Positions 61,147-64,000 of a stretch of DNA of 64,000 nt are shown in pieces (position 1 is the stretch's first letter; every line of letters begins with the position of its first letter). The notes beneath the pieces were generated by a model. It was not told the DNA's origin and ran no database searches. It saw only the letters and a list, made by a program, of their open reading frames with translations. The translations under genes were made by a program, and so were the position numbers. The stretch is from a virus (Duplodnaviria > Caudoviricetes): the IMG/VR virus record IMGVR_UViG_2840500688_000001, positions 6,810 to 70,809 of that record. The stretch is one strand, 5' to 3'.

Positions 61147-62766
61147 ATGGATCACATTATGTCAGAGCAAAATTCGAAAACTTTATACAGCGCATTGTGG
61201 GCTTCGGCAGATATTCTGCGCTCAAAGATGGATGCGAACGAATATAAAAACTATCTTTTAGGGATGATTTTCTATAAATATTTATCCGATAAGATGCTTC
61301 ATTATGCCGTAGACCAGTTAGAAGAAAAGGCTGAAACATTGAAGGAAGCACAGGTGATTTATGCCAATGCTTATCATGATCCCGACCTCCATGAAGATTT
61401 AAAAGATGCATTGAAGGAAGAGTTTTCCTATGTGATCGAGCCAGAATATACATTCACTCATTTGATCAATGCAGTGTTCAGTCAATCATTCCAGTTAGAA
61501 AGCTTACAGCAAGGCTTTCGCAACATAGAGCAATCATCCGATGCTTTTGCCAATTTGTTCCAAGACATTGATCTGTATTCTCGTAAGCTTGGCTCAACGC
61601 CACAAAAGCAAAATGAAACCATTTCAGGCATTATGAAAGAATTGGCGGAGATCGATTTTGCAGGGCATTCGGGCGATATTTTAGGCGATGCTTATGAATA
61701 TATGATTGGGCAGTTTGCTTCTGATTCTGGTAAAAAGGCAGGGGAGTTTTATACACCGCAACCTGTGGCTGAATTGATGACTAAAATTGTGATTCATGGC
61801 AAAACGCATCAAAAAGGATTCAGCGTGTATGATCCGACCATGGGTTCAGGCTCATTGATGCTGAACATTAAAAAAGAGACCCAAGAGCCGAATACGGTTC
61901 AATATTTTGGGCAAGAGATCAATACCTCCACTTACAACCTAGCGCGCATGAATTTGATGTTGCATGGCGTGCCAATTGCCAATCAGTATTTAAATAATGG
62001 CGATACTTTAGATGAAGATTGGCCAACGGATGAGCCCACCAACTTTGATGGTGTTTTGATGAATCCGCCCTATTCAGCCGATTGGAGTGCGGCGAAAGGC
62101 TTTTTGGATGATGCGCGCTTTGCCCCTTATGGCGTATTAGCACCGAAGTCTAAAGCGGACTTTGCATTTTTGTTGCATGGTTTTTATCACTTAAAATCTA
62201 ATGGCACCATGGCGATTGTTTTACCGCATGGCGTATTGTTCCGTGGGGGAACGGAAGAGAAAATTCGTAAAACCCTCTTAGAAAATGGGCATATTCATGC
62301 CGTGATTGGTTTGCCTGCGAATATTTTCTTTAATACATCCATTCCGACAACGATCATTGTGTTGAAAAAAGATTATGATAAGCGTGATGTGTTGTTCATT
62401 GATGCCTCTCAGGAGTTTGAAAAAGTTAAAACGCAAAATATTTTGACTGAGGAGAATATTCAAAAGATTTTGGATACCTATATTCATCGTAAAACAATTG
62501 ATAAATATAGCTATGTCGCAAGTTTTGATGAGATTGAAGAGAATGAGTTTAACTTAAATATTCCGCGGTATGTAGATACCTTTGAACCTGAACCTGAAAT
62601 TCCTTTGGCAGATATTTCTGCGAGTCTCTTGGCGGTTAATTCTGAATTGGCAACGGCAGAAAAAGAGCTGTTTGAGATGTTAGGGCAGCTAGTGGGTACG
62701 ACAGAAGAAGCGAATACCGAACTCGAAACCTTCAAGAAAATGCTTAAAGGTGATCACAATGGTTAA
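61147..62766 (+). CDS. hsdM: Type I RM methyltransferase subunit
   Basis: 'LW.SAD.LRSKMDANEYK.Y.LG', 'GEFYTP', 'YDPTMGSGSL', 'NPPY', 'LPHGVLFRG', 'FNLNIPRYVDT'. Confidence 0.96.
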   Translation: MDHIMSEQNSKTLYSALWASADILRSKMDANEYKNYLLGMIFYKYLSDKMLHYAVDQLEEKAETLKEAQVIYANAYHDPDLHEDLKDALKEEFSYVIEPEYTFTHLINAVFSQSFQLESLQQGFRNIEQSSDAFANLFQDIDLYSRKLGSTPQKQNETISGIMKELAEIDFAGHSGDILGDAYEYMIGQFASDSGKKAGEFYTPQPVAELMTKIVIHGKTHQKGFSVYDPTMGSGSLMLNIKKETQEPNTVQYFGQEINTSTYNLARMNLMLHGVPIANQYLNNGDTLDEDWPTDEPTNFDGVLMNPPYSADWSAAKGFLDDARFAPYGVLAPKSKADFAFLLHGFYHLKSNGTMAIVLPHGVLFRGGTEEKIRKTLLENGHIHAVIGLPANIFFNTSIPTTIIVLKKDYDKRDVLFIDASQEFEKVKTQNILTEENIQKILDTYIHRKTIDKYSYVASFDEIEENEFNLNIPRYVDTFEPEPEIPLADISASLLAVNSELATAEKELFEMLGQLVGTTEEANTELETFKKMLKGDHNG

Positions 62767-64000
62767 AAGTGAATCACATATCCCAAAGCTCCGCTTTAAG
62801 GGCTTTTCTGATGAATGGACATTTACAAAGTTCAAAAACATGTATCCTACTGTAAGGAATGGTTTTGTAGGAGTCGCAACTCCGTATTATGTTGATAATG
62901 GTGTAATCTATGTGCAAGGTAGGAATATTAAATCAGGTAAATTATTAAATAATGGTTATGTAAATATTTCTCATGAATTTCATACTAGTAAGCCTAATAC
63001 AATGTTAAAAGTTAATGATTTGTTAATGGTGCAAAGTGGGCATGTAGGGGAATGTGCTGTAGTAACTCCTCAATATGCAAACTCAAATTGTCATGCGATT
63101 TTAGTAGCAACACCAAAGTCTAATGACTTATGTAATAGTAATTTATATGTGAATTATTTTTTATCAGATGTTGGTAGAAAAAAAATACATATGATTACAA
63201 CAGGAAATACAATTCAACATATTCTCTCAAGTGATTTAAAAGAAGTAAGTGTCCCTAAAATTGCCATTCAAGAACAAAACCAAATCGGTAATTTCTTCCA
63301 AAAAATCGACCAAGTGATCGAATTGCAACAAAAAGCATTAGATACGGCTCGAGATTATAAAAAATCAATGCTCCAAAAGATGTTTCCACAAAAAGGCGAG
63401 AAAGTGCCACAAATTCGCTTTGATGGGTTTAGTGGGGATTGGGAGGAGAAAAAATTAGGAGAGCATACCGAGTATATTACCAAAGGAACCACACCAAAGA
63501 TTCAGCTAGAACATGGCAATATTAATTTTATTAAAGTTGAAAATATTAATAATGGAAAAATATTTCCCGTTGTAAAAATTTCAGAAGATGAACATTTCGG
63601 ATATTTGAAACGCTCTCAGTTAAAAGAAAATGATATTTTATTTTCTATTGCGGGTACATTAGGGCGTATAGCAGTAGTTACTAAAAATATATTGCCTGCT
63701 AATACAAATCAGGCACTAGCTATAATTCGAGAATATGCTTTTGATAGATTATTTCTAATTGCTGTTCTAATCGGTAGAGTAGTTGCAGATTATGTCCGAC
63801 AAAACCCAACAATTGGCGCACAACCTAATTTATCTTTAGAACAAATAAAAAGTTTGAGTTTTATGTGTCCGCAAGTTGAAGAACAACAGAAAATTGGGGA
63901 GTTTTTTCAGAAGTTAGATCAGCAAATTGAACAACATGAGAAGAAATTACAGAGCTATCAAAACTTGAAAAAGGCGATGTTGCAGCGCTTATTTGTTTAA
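62750..64000 (+). CDS. hsdS: Type I RM specificity subunit
   Basis: Two TRDs, each preceded by 'P.LRF.GF..W' and followed by 'EQ..IG.FFQK.D..I...Q..L......KK.MLQ'. Confidence 0.95.
   Translation: MITMVKSESHIPKLRFKGFSDEWTFTKFKNMYPTVRNGFVGVATPYYVDNGVIYVQGRNIKSGKLLNNGYVNISHEFHTSKPNTMLKVNDLLMVQSGHVGECAVVTPQYANSNCHAILVATPKSNDLCNSNLYVNYFLSDVGRKKIHMITTGNTIQHILSSDLKEVSVPKIAIQEQNQIGNFFQKIDQVIELQQKALDTARDYKKSMLQKMFPQKGEKVPQIRFDGFSGDWEEKKLGEHTEYITKGTTPKIQLEHGNINFIKVENINNGKIFPVVKISEDEHFGYLKRSQLKENDILFSIAGTLGRIAVVTKNILPANTNQALAIIREYAFDRLFLIAVLIGRVVADYVRQNPTIGAQPNLSLEQIKSLSFMCPQVEEQQKIGEFFQKLDQQIEQHEKKLQSYQNLKKAMLQRLFV

Noticed and set aside
62750-64000. Internal repeats in hsdS
   Set aside because: This is the standard two-TRD architecture, not a shufflon; no recombinase is present in the window.
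1-64000. CRISPR arrays, rRNA, IS elements
   Set aside because: No regularly spaced repeat-spacer units, rRNA-like sequence or transposase ORFs were observed.

Overview
The window holds two complete or near-complete temperate phages in tandem, followed by a type I restriction-modification locus. The host looks like an AT-rich gammaproteobacterium but cannot be identified from the sequence. (1) 1-~29.55 kb is the right part of a lambdoid/HK97-like siphovirus prophage: replication O/P-like genes with iterons, a Q-like gene, a tRNA(CAT), lysis, HK97-type head, lambda-type tail and several morons, including a lipoprotein + Ser/Thr kinase + PP2C phosphatase trio. (2) 29537-61127 is a P2/phiCTX-like myovirus prophage flanked by 77-bp imperfect direct repeats that contain a tmRNA(ssrA)-like 3' end and a terminator. 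It has a P4-alpha-like primase-helicase, a CI repressor, an integrase and AT-rich defence-like accessory genes. (3) 61147-64000 is hsdM-hsdS. The most striking observation is that both unrelated prophages carry the same regulatory cassette, which the ORF track misses. It consists of a ~110-nt four-hairpin leader whose stems covary between the two copies, an unannotated Com-family zinc-finger gene, a near-copy of the phage Mu Com-binding RNA hairpin overlapping a Shine-Dalgarno-sequestering hairpin, and an N6-adenine methyltransferase in the place of Mu mom. Family assignments come from motif recognition and recall; no database search was run.
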